Assembly (NCBI GenBank): GCA_013239625.1
Contig: MU054098.1
Location: 1,209,568 to 1,273,567 of the forward strand
Length of the DNA: 64,000 nt
From: Lama guanicoe
Taxonomy: Eukaryota
Direction: 5' to 3'
The position numbers and the translations under genes were made by a program. The notes below the pieces were generated by a model that did not search any database, was not told the origin of the DNA, and worked only from the letters and a program-made list of their open reading frames with translations. This document shows, in pieces, positions 1-12,569 of the stretch (positions within the stretch are counted from its first letter, which is position 1; every line of letters begins with the position of its first letter).

Positions 1-415
1 AATTTGTAACATTCTTTAGTTTTTCTCACTAGACTCTGGACACGTCAAGTTTGTTTCCACTCCAAGGCATATGGCATTTACGCTAGCTGTTCCTTTCCCC
101 TGAAATGATCTTTCTCCAGATCTTCCCATGACTTGCTTTCTTATTTTGTTCAGGTCTCGGAAAACCCTGTCTAAAATGACCTACAACCCCGTAACACTCT
201 TATCTCCATACTCTGCTCTTCTTTGCGTCACAGAACTTTTCTGCTACTTGAAAATATGCTACATATTTATGTTTATTACTATTTATACCCCTATGAAAAT
301 ATGTTTCCTGTCGGCAGGGACATTGCCTAACTTGTTTTCACTGTTCCTCTATTACTTTACCTCGGTGCCTGGCACATGGCATGTGCTCAACAAATACCTT
401 GGAATGAATGCATGA
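1..415 (+). mobile_element. L2 LINE 3' end
   Basis: Typical L2 terminal sequence: gtgcctggcacatggcatgtgctcaacaaatac...gaatgaatg. Confidence 0.75.
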
Positions 416-2410
416 GACAGCAGTTGAAACTGTGGCATGTGTTTGGCCCTACTTCAAGTTCTGAGGGGTCAGCAGTGAGCAATACTTAAAAAAATCCTTG
501 CTTTTGTGAAATTTATACTCATGGAGGATTTTTGCAAATTTCCAGGTAACAGATCATAAGGAACTTGACTGGATGTGCGGTGGTGGCGATGACAAAGAAG
601 GGCTACACTGGAAAGACATTTAATTGGTTGACTAAGCAGCCTTTGCTAATTTTCAATATTAGGGTGACAGTTCATTGTCGTAAGAGTCTGGACAAAGTTT
701 CAGTTGAGCTGAAGACATTCTAACCTTTTTGATGCTTCTTATCTTATTTCCTTTCTCTCTCCTTTTCCTCCAAGCACTCAGAGCTGTGTTTGGTTTTCGC
801 TAACCAAGTCTCCTCACTAGTGCATCCAGACCTTCTTTCCTTGTGAATGTCTAATACTTCAAATTTCCATCCCCTTGCCCTGTTTGAAATCTCTAATTCT
901 TGAATTCTTAGGGTTTAGCCCATCATATTAACATAAAACCTTTCTACATTTGGGGATGGTCTTATATTTTATGCAACAAAAAGGTTTTTGCACTGTTATG
1001 TGCTAAACACTAAAGATACACAATTAAATAAGGTGGACAAGGTCTGTACCTTCAAGAAACTCCTCATCACAGTCATCTCCCTAATGAGTTCTTTGTTTTC
1101 CTATTTATAAAGTCCATACTTTTAGTCAAACGATTTCCTCCAGTTTTCTTTCGTATGTAAAGAATGTCACTATTTTTTAGGTGATGGATATACCCCAGTG
1201 CAGATTAATGTTCAAGCTTATCCCAACTCAGGTTACCAACTTCATTTACAACCCAGATACCCTCATTCAGAGGTTTCCACACTGTGTATACTTCCGTCAC
1301 CACCACACTCACATCAAACTAGGGAGAGAAATTAGCAACAGACAAAAAATAATTTAAACAAGATTAATAAACTACCTAACCATCAAAAGAGTGGGTTTTC
1401 CCCCTACCAGCTTAGCTTTACAGCCCACCTCCCATTTATTACTGAGGGGTTGCAGTATTAAACTAGACACTGATAGTCCAATGTAACTCTCATTTATTTC
1501 TGGGTCAGGCTTCAGTGAACGTCTAGATTGTTTTTTCCCCTACTGTTGACTGGTATGTGCAGTTTTTAAAAGCTGAGGATGCAGTGACTTGCATATTGCT
1601 GTCTTATTTCTGAAAAAAAAATTATGCAGTGCCCATAAGCAATACTTATAATGGCCCTGCATAATTTTTACCTTAGAAAAGGTGAAGTTATGGTTCATAC
1701 AAGATATAAGGTATGTCTGAATATTTCATGGCTAGATGAATATAAACACAGGAATAACTGAGAACCATCTGATGAAGATCTGGGCATTTTTAGCCAATCT
1801 GTGAAATACAGACAGCTGTACCACTCAGACGGTACAGCTGTAGTCATTAGTTAGGTAATTGTGTGAATCCTAACATTATAATTTTAATATAATTTTTAAA
1901 CTTATTATTACACTCATTAATAAAAACTAAAATGTGGCTTTAAAACCCTGAGCCTGAAGAATTGCTTTTCTAGCTTTCTTCTTGGGTCATATAAATTTCT
2001 GGTTGCATATGATGTTCACATAAAGCACACAAATTTTTTTCAAAAATGTCAGAAAATCCACCATATACAAGAGGTTATTGATGAGGTTAAAAGGAAAAAT
2101 GTAGTTTCAAAAAAAGTAAATGTCAAGTATAAACATACCCAGAAAGAAGAACTTTATAGTACCATAAGTAAACTTATGTTTCCTCAAAGCAATGAATTTG
2201 TAATAACAAATTAGCTTAGGTATTATTATATTTTTGGTAAATAAAAAGCCATCGTTTTTCCTGAGTCTATGAATTTGATATTTTAAATCTTCTAAAAAAT
2301 TATTACCAAAATACTATTAGACTTAACTATCATGTGTTAACAGTGAAATATGGGAACTAATACATTTTATTCCTCTTGGTAGTACTTATAAAATCTACAA
2401 ACTACGGTTA

Positions 2411-2688
2411 TCAGGGGGAAAAAGGGGTGGGAAGGGATAAATTGGGAGTTTGGGATTTGCAGATATTAACTGCTGTATTAGATAAACAACAAGGTCCTAC
2501 TGTATAGCACAAGGAACTACATTCAATACCTTGCAATAGCCTATAATGAAAAAGAATCTGAAAAGGAATATATATATATATATAATTCAATATATTCAAT
2601 ATAATTCAATATATTCAACATATAATACTGTACACCAGAAAGTAACACAACATTGTAAATCAACTATACTTCAATTAGAAAAAAAAAG
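2411..2688 (+). mobile_element. 5'-truncated cetartiodactyl-type L1 3'UTR with poly(A)
   Basis: gggataaattgggagtttgggatttgcaga...ctactgtatagcacaaggaact...tgtaaatcaactatacttcaat followed by an A-tail. Confidence 0.85.
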
Positions 2689-3199
2689 ACTGTGGTCAGC
2701 ACATGGATGAATGCACAGAAGGCATGCTTATCAAATTTTTATATTGTACATTGAAGTAATTAAGATACACAATTCTATTACTACAATATTAGCTAAAATT
2801 TGCAGCACACTTCTTATGTCCCAGACAATGCTTTATGCTCTCTATATCCATTATTTTATTCCATCTTTTCTTATGAAGAGTCTTATGAAGAATGTACTAT
2901 TAGCCCATTTTTCAGATGGGGAAATGGAGACACCAAGAAACCAAAAACCTTACTCAAGTTCACACAGTGAACCAGAAAGACAGAAATTGAATCCACAGAG
3001 TCTGACTCTAGAACCTGTCCTCCTAACCATGTGTGAGATAACAGAACTCAGATTCCAAGGGCTCATGTTTTTCAATTTTAAGATGCTAAATTGAGTTCAC
3101 ACATTTAAATGTAATCTGCCCCAAATTTCAGTAAAATACACTGTGCTTAATTAAATGTTTTTGAGTGTTTGGCATTCTAGAAGCAAGATGATGAATAAT

Positions 3200-3640
3200 A
3201 GTTTATGGTCTCTGCCATTAGAAAGACTAACATGATAGCTTAAAAAGGATGGTAACAATGAGGATGGAGGAAAATGAATGGAATTGAGAAATATTTAGGA
3301 GGTAGAGTAGTCAGGACTTGATGAAGAATTGGATGACTGTGTTAAAAAAGAAGTTAAATTCAGAACAAAGAATAAATTAGTTGGTGAAGCTGGAGAGAAA
3401 TCAGTACATTTGGTTTTGAAGTGGCTATGGGGCACCAAAATGGATAGCTAGTAGAGGGCTGGAAATTCAAGTCTAGGTCTTAGGAGAAAGCCCTGGATAA
3501 AAGATATTAGAAAAAGGAGGCATAAGCATAAAAATGGTAAATGAAGCCATAGGAGTTAATGAGGTCACTTAAGGACAGGGAGATAAAAAGCGATTTAGGA
3601 ACACAACAACATTTAAGAGGCAGGCAGAGGAAATGTTCCA
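3200..3640 (-). mobile_element. L2 fragment
   Basis: Purine-rich L2-type antisense sequence (gagaaatatttaggaggtaga...ggacttgatga...atgaagccataggagttaatgaggtcac). Confidence 0.6.
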
Positions 3641-4381
3641 GACTCTTATATCTAATTGTCTTCAAGACACTTTGTTTTTGGATGTTGTATAGGCATCTCA
3701 AATAAAATATGTAGTTTCCACTCATGGTAATGGTATACTAGTTTATTTTACACCAAGCCTCCTGCTGAGAACATAAGGAAAAGCTAGACAAACCTACTTG
3801 AAGGCATTGGAAAGCTATAGATATAAAAAGGACTTGCGGAACTTAATATTCCAGAGAAAAGGTAATAAGACAAGGCCTGACATTTAGTACAATTCTTCCC
3901 TGAGAGATTTACATGGAGAACTTTCAGCAGTCTCATGTGGCTGAGGAAATTTATTAAAGTTCAAGGCCCCAGAAGGAGGATAAGCCCTGATAAATCCTCC
4001 AAAAAGATCTCAAAAGAATACACCTCAGGAGTACCAGAAGGAAAACCAGTGAAATTAAAAAAAAAAAAAAAGATTAATCCTTACAAGTACTAAAGCATAC
4101 CTTTGGATCAGTACATTCCTAGATTGGATTAAGATAATCTGCTCCAACCTAAATAATTTGCAAAATGAACACTAAATTTTCTCTGGAGGAGGATACTGCT
4201 GTTCAGATTCTAAATCTCTAATTTTTTTCATTCAAAATATCTGACATTCAATTAAAAGTCAACCAGACATTGTATGCCATATGATGGAAGAAACCATGAC
4301 AACCTATGAAATAGCTTTACTCTGAAAAATCAAAAAAGACCATTAATCAATGCAAGTCTGGATCCAACTATTAATTAAGAG

Positions 4382-4580
4382 CAGGGATCTGAAAAAAAAT
4401 TTATAAAGGAACAAAGAGTAAATATTTTAAGTTTTGTTGCCTAGATGTGGTCCCTGTTGCATATGCTTATTTTTCATTTTTATTTCAACCATTTAAAAAT
4501 GACAAACATTTTTAGCTTGCACACTATACAAAAGCAAGTTGGTCAATTTGGCCCAAGGACTATAGTTTATCAACCTCTGA
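4382..4580. mobile_element. MER58-like hAT non-autonomous DNA transposon
   Basis: Starts cagggatctg..., contains aatattttaagttttg...gtggtccctgttgca, ends ggactatagtttatcaacctctg. Confidence 0.6.
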
Positions 4581-7500
4581 TTCACACAAAATAGAGAGGA
4601 TAGGGAAACATATAAATCTCTATCACACACAAGCAATTTGCAAAACCTAGTGTAGAACAACCAACCAAGTTTCTTTTTTTCCTTGAAATAAGTAAGCTGC
4701 ATGAAAAAATAAAGAGTGAAACTATTTATTAAAACAATTTAAAATACATATCCGTTAGTGGCAGTGTGTGGGCATTAATTTTAATTTTCTGATGGTAAAA
4801 AAAACTTATATTTTTCACAGAAGGAATTTTGAATATTTACTAAATATTTTATGATATAAAGTAATTAGAGTTAATATTTAGGTATAGTAATCATATTGTG
4901 GTTACTGTTATCTAAAGTTTACTTACATTTTAGAGATATATTCTGAAATATGTATTAAATGAATAACATAATATTTGATTTGCTTCAAATATGAGAGAAT
5001 TGAAGGGGCTGGATGGGCTACATGATAATGATCATTGGGAATTGTTGATGAGTATGTTAGAATCAGTTATATTATTCTGTCTGCACATGTTTAAAACTTT
5101 TCATAATATGAAAATATAAAAAGTCATTAAAAAAAGAATTGAGAGAATCTAAATATAAAAAACAGACAGTAGAAACAGACCAATAAAGACTAAGATTCTG
5201 GAATAATTACATGAAGTCTTTCCAATGACTCTCATGAAAATAAATTAAAAATGTAAAATATTACCAGATTACTAGTATCTATAAAAATCAATAAAATAAT
5301 ACTTCTAGACTTGAAAAATATAATAATTTAAATTAGAAGTTAGAAGATTTGTTTTCTGCATCTCTCCCAAGTTGGAATTTCAGAAACCAGATCTATCCTT
5401 TGCCTGAAAGAATTAAAAAACAGGCAAAATATATGAAATAATGGTTTTTAGAAATCAGATATCTGGTAGCACAGGACAGTGTTCTCAGAGAAATGGGAAA
5501 CAAACAAGTGAGTCATGTGAGTGAGTCAGTTTACTTGAAGGGGAGAGTTTTTCAGACTAAAGTACATGGAGTGGAAAACAGAATGAGGAGAAACTGATAT
5601 AGCAATACAGATGAATCTCAAAATAATTTTGCTGAGCTAAAGAAGATCAACAACAAAAATTATGTAATTGGTTATTCTATTTCTATATAATTCTAGGAAA
5701 TGCACACATGATGCAAATCATATTGTCTGGAAATAGGGAGGGACAGGGTTTGAAGGAGGAATTACAAAGGCATACAAGAAACCTTTGGGGAGAGTTTGAT
5801 ATGTCCATTATCTTGTTAGTGGTGATAGTTTCTTGGGTGTATACTTAAGTCAGAAATTATAAATCATATAGTTTAAATATATGCAGTTCATTTTGTATCA
5901 ATGATACCTCATTATAGCTGTTAAAATGAGCTGTAGGTGCACTTGAGGCATATTAGGTATAGTGGAAGAGTGAATATGTGAGCTAGAATGTAGATCAGAT
6001 ATCCAAACTTAAGGATAGAGAAAAAAAAGTTTACATAATATAGAACAATATGCAATTCATTTGGACCTAGGTCTAATATATGTTTAATTTGGTGGACCAG
6101 AAGCAGAGAAGAGAAAGAATGGCATAGAAGAAATATTTGAAGTGTAATAATAAAAAATGTGCCCCAAACTCTCAAAAGTCATAATTTCAAGAAATTCTAT
6201 ATCCCCTAATCAGGGTAAATTCAATGAGAGTCACATCTAGGTATACCATGGTAATAACACTAAAAGATAAAAATAAAGAGAAAATATTTAATACAACCAT
6301 ATAAAAATTAAGCATGTTATCATAAAAGGAGCAAATAAAAATAAATGTTTAGAATAAATTTTTTAAAACTATTTTTACAAGACATACTATTTAAACAAAA
6401 ATTCAGAAAATGTAAAATAAATAAGATGAAAAATATCTCTTTTGCAAATACTAATTAAAGACACCTAGAGAAGTAATACTAATATTGGACAAAGCAAATT
6501 TTAAGTCAAGAAGGCTGACTAAAGATAAAAGTGATACTTTAGGATAAAAGATCAATACAGTAGAACAATATAACATTTCTATATTTATATGCCCCTAATA
6601 ACATAGCCTCAAAATATATACAATAAAAATGGACAGACTACAGGGGGAAAAAGAAAAAATAAACCCACATTTGTAGTGGATTTAAGAACACTACTCTGAG
6701 TAACTAACTGATTAAACAGACCAAAAAATTTAAGGTTACAGAAAATTGTAGTAAGATGGTTAAAAATTAACCTAACTGATATTTATAGAGATGTTAACAA
6801 CTGCTCCATACAGATTCTTGGAATATTTGCCAAAATTGTCCATATGTTGAACAATAATGCAAATCTCAGCTAACTTTAAGAACCAAATGACACAAATTAC
6901 ATTATCTGACAAGACTGGGAATAATCTGGAAAGCATTAACAAAAAAGATAACAAGGAAATGCATCCTCCAACTACTTGGAAATGTATTGATTATTTTTTA
7001 GATAACCCATGGGTCAAGGAAAAAATAACAAAAGAAATGAGAAAATATGTTGGATTAAATGCTAATGAAATTATAATATCAGAACTGGTTAGAGGCAGAT
7101 AAGATCATTCTTACAGTATAATGTATAGCCTGAAAGACATATATTAGAAAAAAGAATAACAGGAATGTTTTGAGAGGCCAAGAAGAATGTGCTTGAGCAT
7201 TATCAGTCCAAAGAAAGAAAGGGGGAGCTTACCCTTTTGCTTCTACCCTCCCTTGGTCAAGAGTTTTTCCATGGACTACTAGCCACCTCACAATTAGAGG
7301 TTGTGTGTTCATGGGTGCAGGGCAGATTCCTACAGATAACTGAGGTTGCAGAACAAGATGAGCCCAGTAAGGTGAGGTGCTGTAAAGTTATACCTGTGTG
7401 AAGTTGGTTGCCACAACGTCTGGAGTAAAAGATAAGCCTAGAGCATGTGAAGTAAGATCCACTTTGTTTCCAATATCCATTTGAAGTTAAAAAAAAAAAG

Positions 7501-7638
7501 CCCAACAAATGAGAGTAAAAGGAAGCAAACAGAATGAAATAATAAAGCTAACAGAAGAATTTAATAAAATAAAATAAGAAATATAAAATAGAAAGTATTA
7601 ATAAGCACAAAATTTGTTTCTTTGAAAAAGACTAATAA

Positions 7639-9047
7639 GTCTGGAAATAAAATCATGTACTTAAGTTCAATTAATCTATAACAAAGAAAGCAAGACTATA
7701 CAATGGAGAAAAGACAGTCTCTTCAATAAATGGTGCTGTGAAAACCAGACAGATACGTGTAAAACAATGAGATTAGAGTATCTCCTCACACCATATACAG
7801 AAATAAACTCAAAATGGATTAAAAAACTCAAATACAACACCTGAAACGATAAAATTCCTAGAAGTGAACATATGCAGAACACTCTTTGACATAAATTGTA
7901 GTAATATTTTTTTAGGATCTGTTTCCTAAGGCAAAAGAAATAAAAGCAAAAATCAACACATGGGACCTAATTAATCTTAAAAGCTTTTGCACAGCAAAGG
8001 AAACCGTCAACCAAATAAAAAGACAGCCAATGGAATGGGAGAAATACTTGGAAATAATATGACTGACAGGGGTTAATATTGAAAATATATAGACAACTCA
8101 TACAACTCAATACCAAAAAACAAAACAAAACAAAGAACCCAATCAAAAAAGGGCAGAAAACCTAAATAAACATTTTTTCAAAGAAGATATACAGATGGCC
8201 ATCAGGCACATGAAAAGATGCTCAACATTACTAATTATTAGAGAAGTGCAAAGCAAAACTACAGTGAGTACTACCTCACACTGGTCAGATAGCTATCATC
8301 AAAAAGCCTACAAAAAACAAATGTTGGAGAGGATAAAAGGGAACCCTTGCACACTATTAGTGGGACTATAAATTGGTGCAGCCACTATGGAAAAATATAT
8401 GGATGTGTTCTAAAAATAGAACTACAATATTATCCAGCAATTCCACTCCTGGGTACATATCTGGAAAAAAGGAAAACACTAATTTGAAAAGATACATGTA
8501 CCCCATTGTTCATAGCAGCACTATTTACTATAGCCAAGATAAGGAAGCAAACCAAGCACACAAACAGATGAATGGATAAAGAAGATGTGGTGTATATATA
8601 CACAGTGGAATATTACTCAGTCATCAAAAAGAATGACATTCTGTCATTTGCAGCTATGTGGATGAACCTAGAAAATATTATACTTAGTTAAATAAACCAG
8701 AAAACAACAAATACTGTATGATAACACCTACACGTGGGATCTAAAAAATAATACAAATGAATGTATATGCAAAACAGAAACAGACTCACAGATATAGAAA
8801 ACAAACTAGTGGTTACCAAAGAGGAGAGGGAAGGGGGGGTGGGGAAAATTAGTGATATAGAATTAAGAGATATAAACTACTATGCATGAAGTAGATAAGC
8901 AAAAAGGATGTATTATATAACAAAGGGAATTATAGCCATTATCTTGTAATAAGTTAATGGAGTATATCTGTGAAAAACTGAATCACTATACTGTATACTT
9001 GCAATTAATATAATATTACAAATCAACTATACATCAATAAAAAAAGA
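7639..9047 (+). mobile_element. Younger 5'-truncated L1 (ORF2 3' end and 3'UTR) nested in the old L1M
   Basis: L1 ORF2 C-terminal sequence and A-tail; target-site duplication aaaaagactaataa at 7625-7638 and 9048-9061. Confidence 0.92.
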
Positions 9048-10843
9048 AAAAAGACTAATAAAATTGATAACCCCCTAGCAAAACTTGGAGAGAGAGAGAG
9101 AGGAACTGGGAGAGAGGGAGGGAGAGTAAGGTAAGGGCAGAGAGAAGAGGTATAAACTATGAATATTAGTAATAATAGAAGGAAAAATTGTATTGAACCT
9201 ATAAACATTAAACATATGAGGCTATTATAAACAACATTATGCCAATAAATTTGCAAATATAAATAAAATGAACAAGTTCCTAGAACACTGCAACTTACAC
9301 AACGTACGCAGGAAGAAACAGATCTGAATGACTCATGAAATAAAATTAAATTTACACTTTAAAAAATGCCTTTACCAGTGAATTTTCTCACATATTTAGA
9401 ACTATCACCAATCTTACACAAACTTTTCCAGTCACTAGAAAAAGATTCAATTCTTCCCAACTCATTTTATGAGGTCAGCATTACTTTAACACCAAAACCT
9501 GACAAGGCCAATGCACTAAAGAATACAGGCCTATACTTATCATAAACATAGGTACAAAAATCAAAAAATGAAACCAGCAATATACAATAAATATAATACA
9601 TGATAAAATTGTATTTTCTTAGAAATACAACATTGGTTAACATTTGAAAAGCAATCACTGAATTTCACTACGTTAACAGAATAAAGGAGAAAAATTATAT
9701 GATGGTCTCAATAGATACAATGAAAGTATCTGATAAAACTCAAGATCCCTTAATAATGAAGGACAAAAAATTCTTAGAAAATTAGGAATATAAGAAAATT
9801 CCCTTCATCTCACAGGGAGTTTCCATTGAAACCCTAGAACAACTACCATTCTTAAGGGAAAAACGTTGAAAGTCTTTCCTTTGAGGAATGAGACAACCTC
9901 TATTTAATGTTGAGTTGGAAGTCCTAGCCAATGCAATAATCAAAGAGAAAAATATTTAAAGATATAAACAATGGAAAGAAACAAAATTCACTTCAGAAGA
10001 TATGGTTGTGTATATATAGAAAAATTTAAAAACTACAAATAAACTTAGAATAAGTGAACCTTAACAAATTCGTTAAACATAAAGTCAATATTCAAAATTC
10101 AAGCATGCTATAATTTTTCCAATTTAAAATATAAAAAATTAAAAATAGACACTATTTATAATAACATCGAATTATAATCACAGATGTAAGAATAAATCTA
10201 ATGAAAACTGTAAGACAGCTACACACATAACATGTATTTGAGAATTAAAGAGTATCTTTAAAAATGGAAAGATACACCTTGTCCTTAGATTGAAAGAGCT
10301 ATAGACTCAACGTACTTCACAAATGTGTATATCCAAATGTCCAATGTTTATGAAAAATTTTTATCTTATTAGTTATCGGGGAATGCAAACTAACAACCAC
10401 AATTAGATATACCTATAATCCCACCAGAATGGCTATAATTTAAAGGCTGACAAAATCAGTATTGATATAGGTGTGGATCGACTGGAGCTCATACATATGG
10501 TTCTTTCTGTAAAGCTGTATGTACCAAAGCTAACTTATATATACCATATAACCCGGCAATTTATCTCCCGGGTACGAACATACAAGAAAGTCACCTGTAT
10601 ATGTACCAAAAGACATGCATAAGAACGTTCATAGCAGTCTATTTGTGATAGCCTCATCTGGAAAATAATACAATTACCTAATAACAGTAGGAATGTTTAA
10701 TAAATTGCTTTTTGAGAATGAAGCACTACAATTACACACAGAAAATATGAATGAATTTCATTGAGTAAAAGAAGCCAGACACACAAAAAAGTAGCTAATA
10801 TCTGATTTTCTTTATAGAATTAAAATAGGGCAAAACTAAACTA

Positions 10844-11072
10844 TGATAACACAGTCATGCATTGTTTAACTTTGGGTCAGTGAGTCAGGGTAGTGACTGA
10901 TTAGAGGGCATGGGGGACTCTGGAGTGCTGGCAGTGTTCTATTTCTTGAGTGTAGGTGATAACACCAGTCATGTATTATTTAACTTTGGGTCAGTGAGTC
11001 AGCGTAGTGACTGATTAGAGGGCATGTGGGGACTTTGGAGTGCTGGCAGTGTTCTATTTCTTGAGTGTAGGG
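10844..11072. repeat. Diverged two-copy tandem duplication (~113-116 bp) in an L1 3'UTR
   Basis: tgataacacagtcatg...ttcttgagtgtagg starts at 10844 and again at 10957, with a few mismatches and indels. Confidence 0.9.
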
Positions 11073-11137
11073 GATTGTTATGTTTGTTTACTTTGTGATG
11101 AGTCACCAAACTATGTTTATGTGAGTGTTTCTATCAT

Positions 11138-11617
11138 TGTCACTGGAGAGTAGGTTACTGTCTCGTGCAGGAAAGAATTCAAGAGTGAGCCATAATAAAG
11201 TGAAAGCAAGTTTATTTAGGGAGATGCACATTCCATAGACAATGTGATCCGTCTCAGAAGGCAGAGCGACCCTGAGGTGTGGGGTTGGTTAACTTTAATG
11301 GGCTGGGTAATTTCATATGCTAACAAGTGGGAGAATTATTCCAACTGTTTTGGAGAAGGGGCAGGGATTTCCAGGAATTGGGACCCCACCCACATTTTGG
11401 CCTTCTATGATCAGCCTGTAAAATGTCATAGCACCTGTGGATGTGTCATTTAGCATGCTAATGTATTAAAACAAGCCTATTATGAGGCTCAATGTCTACT
11501 GGAAGTCAAATCTTCCACCATCTTGGGCCTAGTTGGTCCTAACCAGTTTATGTCCTATCCTCAACGGCTATATCAGTCTTTTAACGGTTGCGCCCCGCCT
11601 CCTTCCCTCCTGTCTCA
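11138..11617 (-). mobile_element. Solo ERV LTR (ERV1-type)
   Basis: TG...CA termini, 4-bp TSD tcat (11134-11137 and 11618-11621), AATAAA on the minus strand at ~11211. Confidence 0.85.
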
Positions 11618-12569
11618 TCATGTTCAGTTAATATTTTTAAAATTAAATTTATCAAAGCTGAAATGATCCTCTTTTCCTTAAACTTGTATCTCCTCCACTG
11701 GTAACTCAAGGTAAGTAGCCATTCTTGGTTGTTCGGTATTTCCAGTCAGTCATTTTATATTTTTTTCTACATACTAAGTATCTCTGGAATCTACCTATTT
11801 TGCTCTACCCTAGTTCCATTAATTTATCTTAAGCTATCATTATCTCTTGTCAGGATTACTGCAATGGCTTCCTCCCAACTCATCCCCTTGCCTTTATTTT
11901 TTGCCCTTTCCAAAACACTTCTCTAGGGTACAGTCAAAATTGATTTTCTGAAGCACAAATCACAAAACTAGTCATATAACTTCCCTGTTAAAAAAACTAT
12001 GTATTTCCTACTTTTTTTCAGGATAAAGTCCATTGCCTATAAGGGATTTAATACATTAACGAGAAGTGCATAAGACAGAGCCTGACATATAGTAAGCATT
12101 CATTATATTTTGCCTACTTCCATGACCTTTGCCTTTAAAAGTCAGTTTAAACCACGCAGACCAGCAGAGCACAGTAGTTAAGAACTTGAGCTGTGCAGTC
12201 AGAACCGAATTCAAATATCTGTTCTGCTAACATTGTTTGACTTGTATCAGGTCACTTCCCCTCTCTAAGTCTCTGCATCTTTACTGTCAATGTGAATAAG
12301 AATGTTCATAGCCAGGGTGGTTATGAGACCTGTGCCACACAATAATAATGACAGCTCTCACTTTGTAGGCACTTTCTATTTGCCAATTTATAATAAGTGC
12401 TCACAGATACTGGTTGATATCATTACCACCACCACCACCACCACCATCACCACTACTGATGGATATATGGGGAGAGAGAGAGCAACATTAGCAGCAATAA
12501 TTTCCAGACCAGGTATTAGATGATTATTAATTTATTCTGCAAGAAAGCATAGAGATCCAATAAGCTTAT

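Larger units (their letters stand above)
3720..11133 (+). mobile_element. Old fragmented L1M (5' region, ORF1/ORF2 remnants, 3'UTR) hosting several nested insertions
   Basis: A-rich L1-like sequence with ORF2 remnants (FLDNPWVKEKITKEMRKY; ccaactcattttatgaggtcagcattactttaacaccaaaacctgac). Confidence 0.8.
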
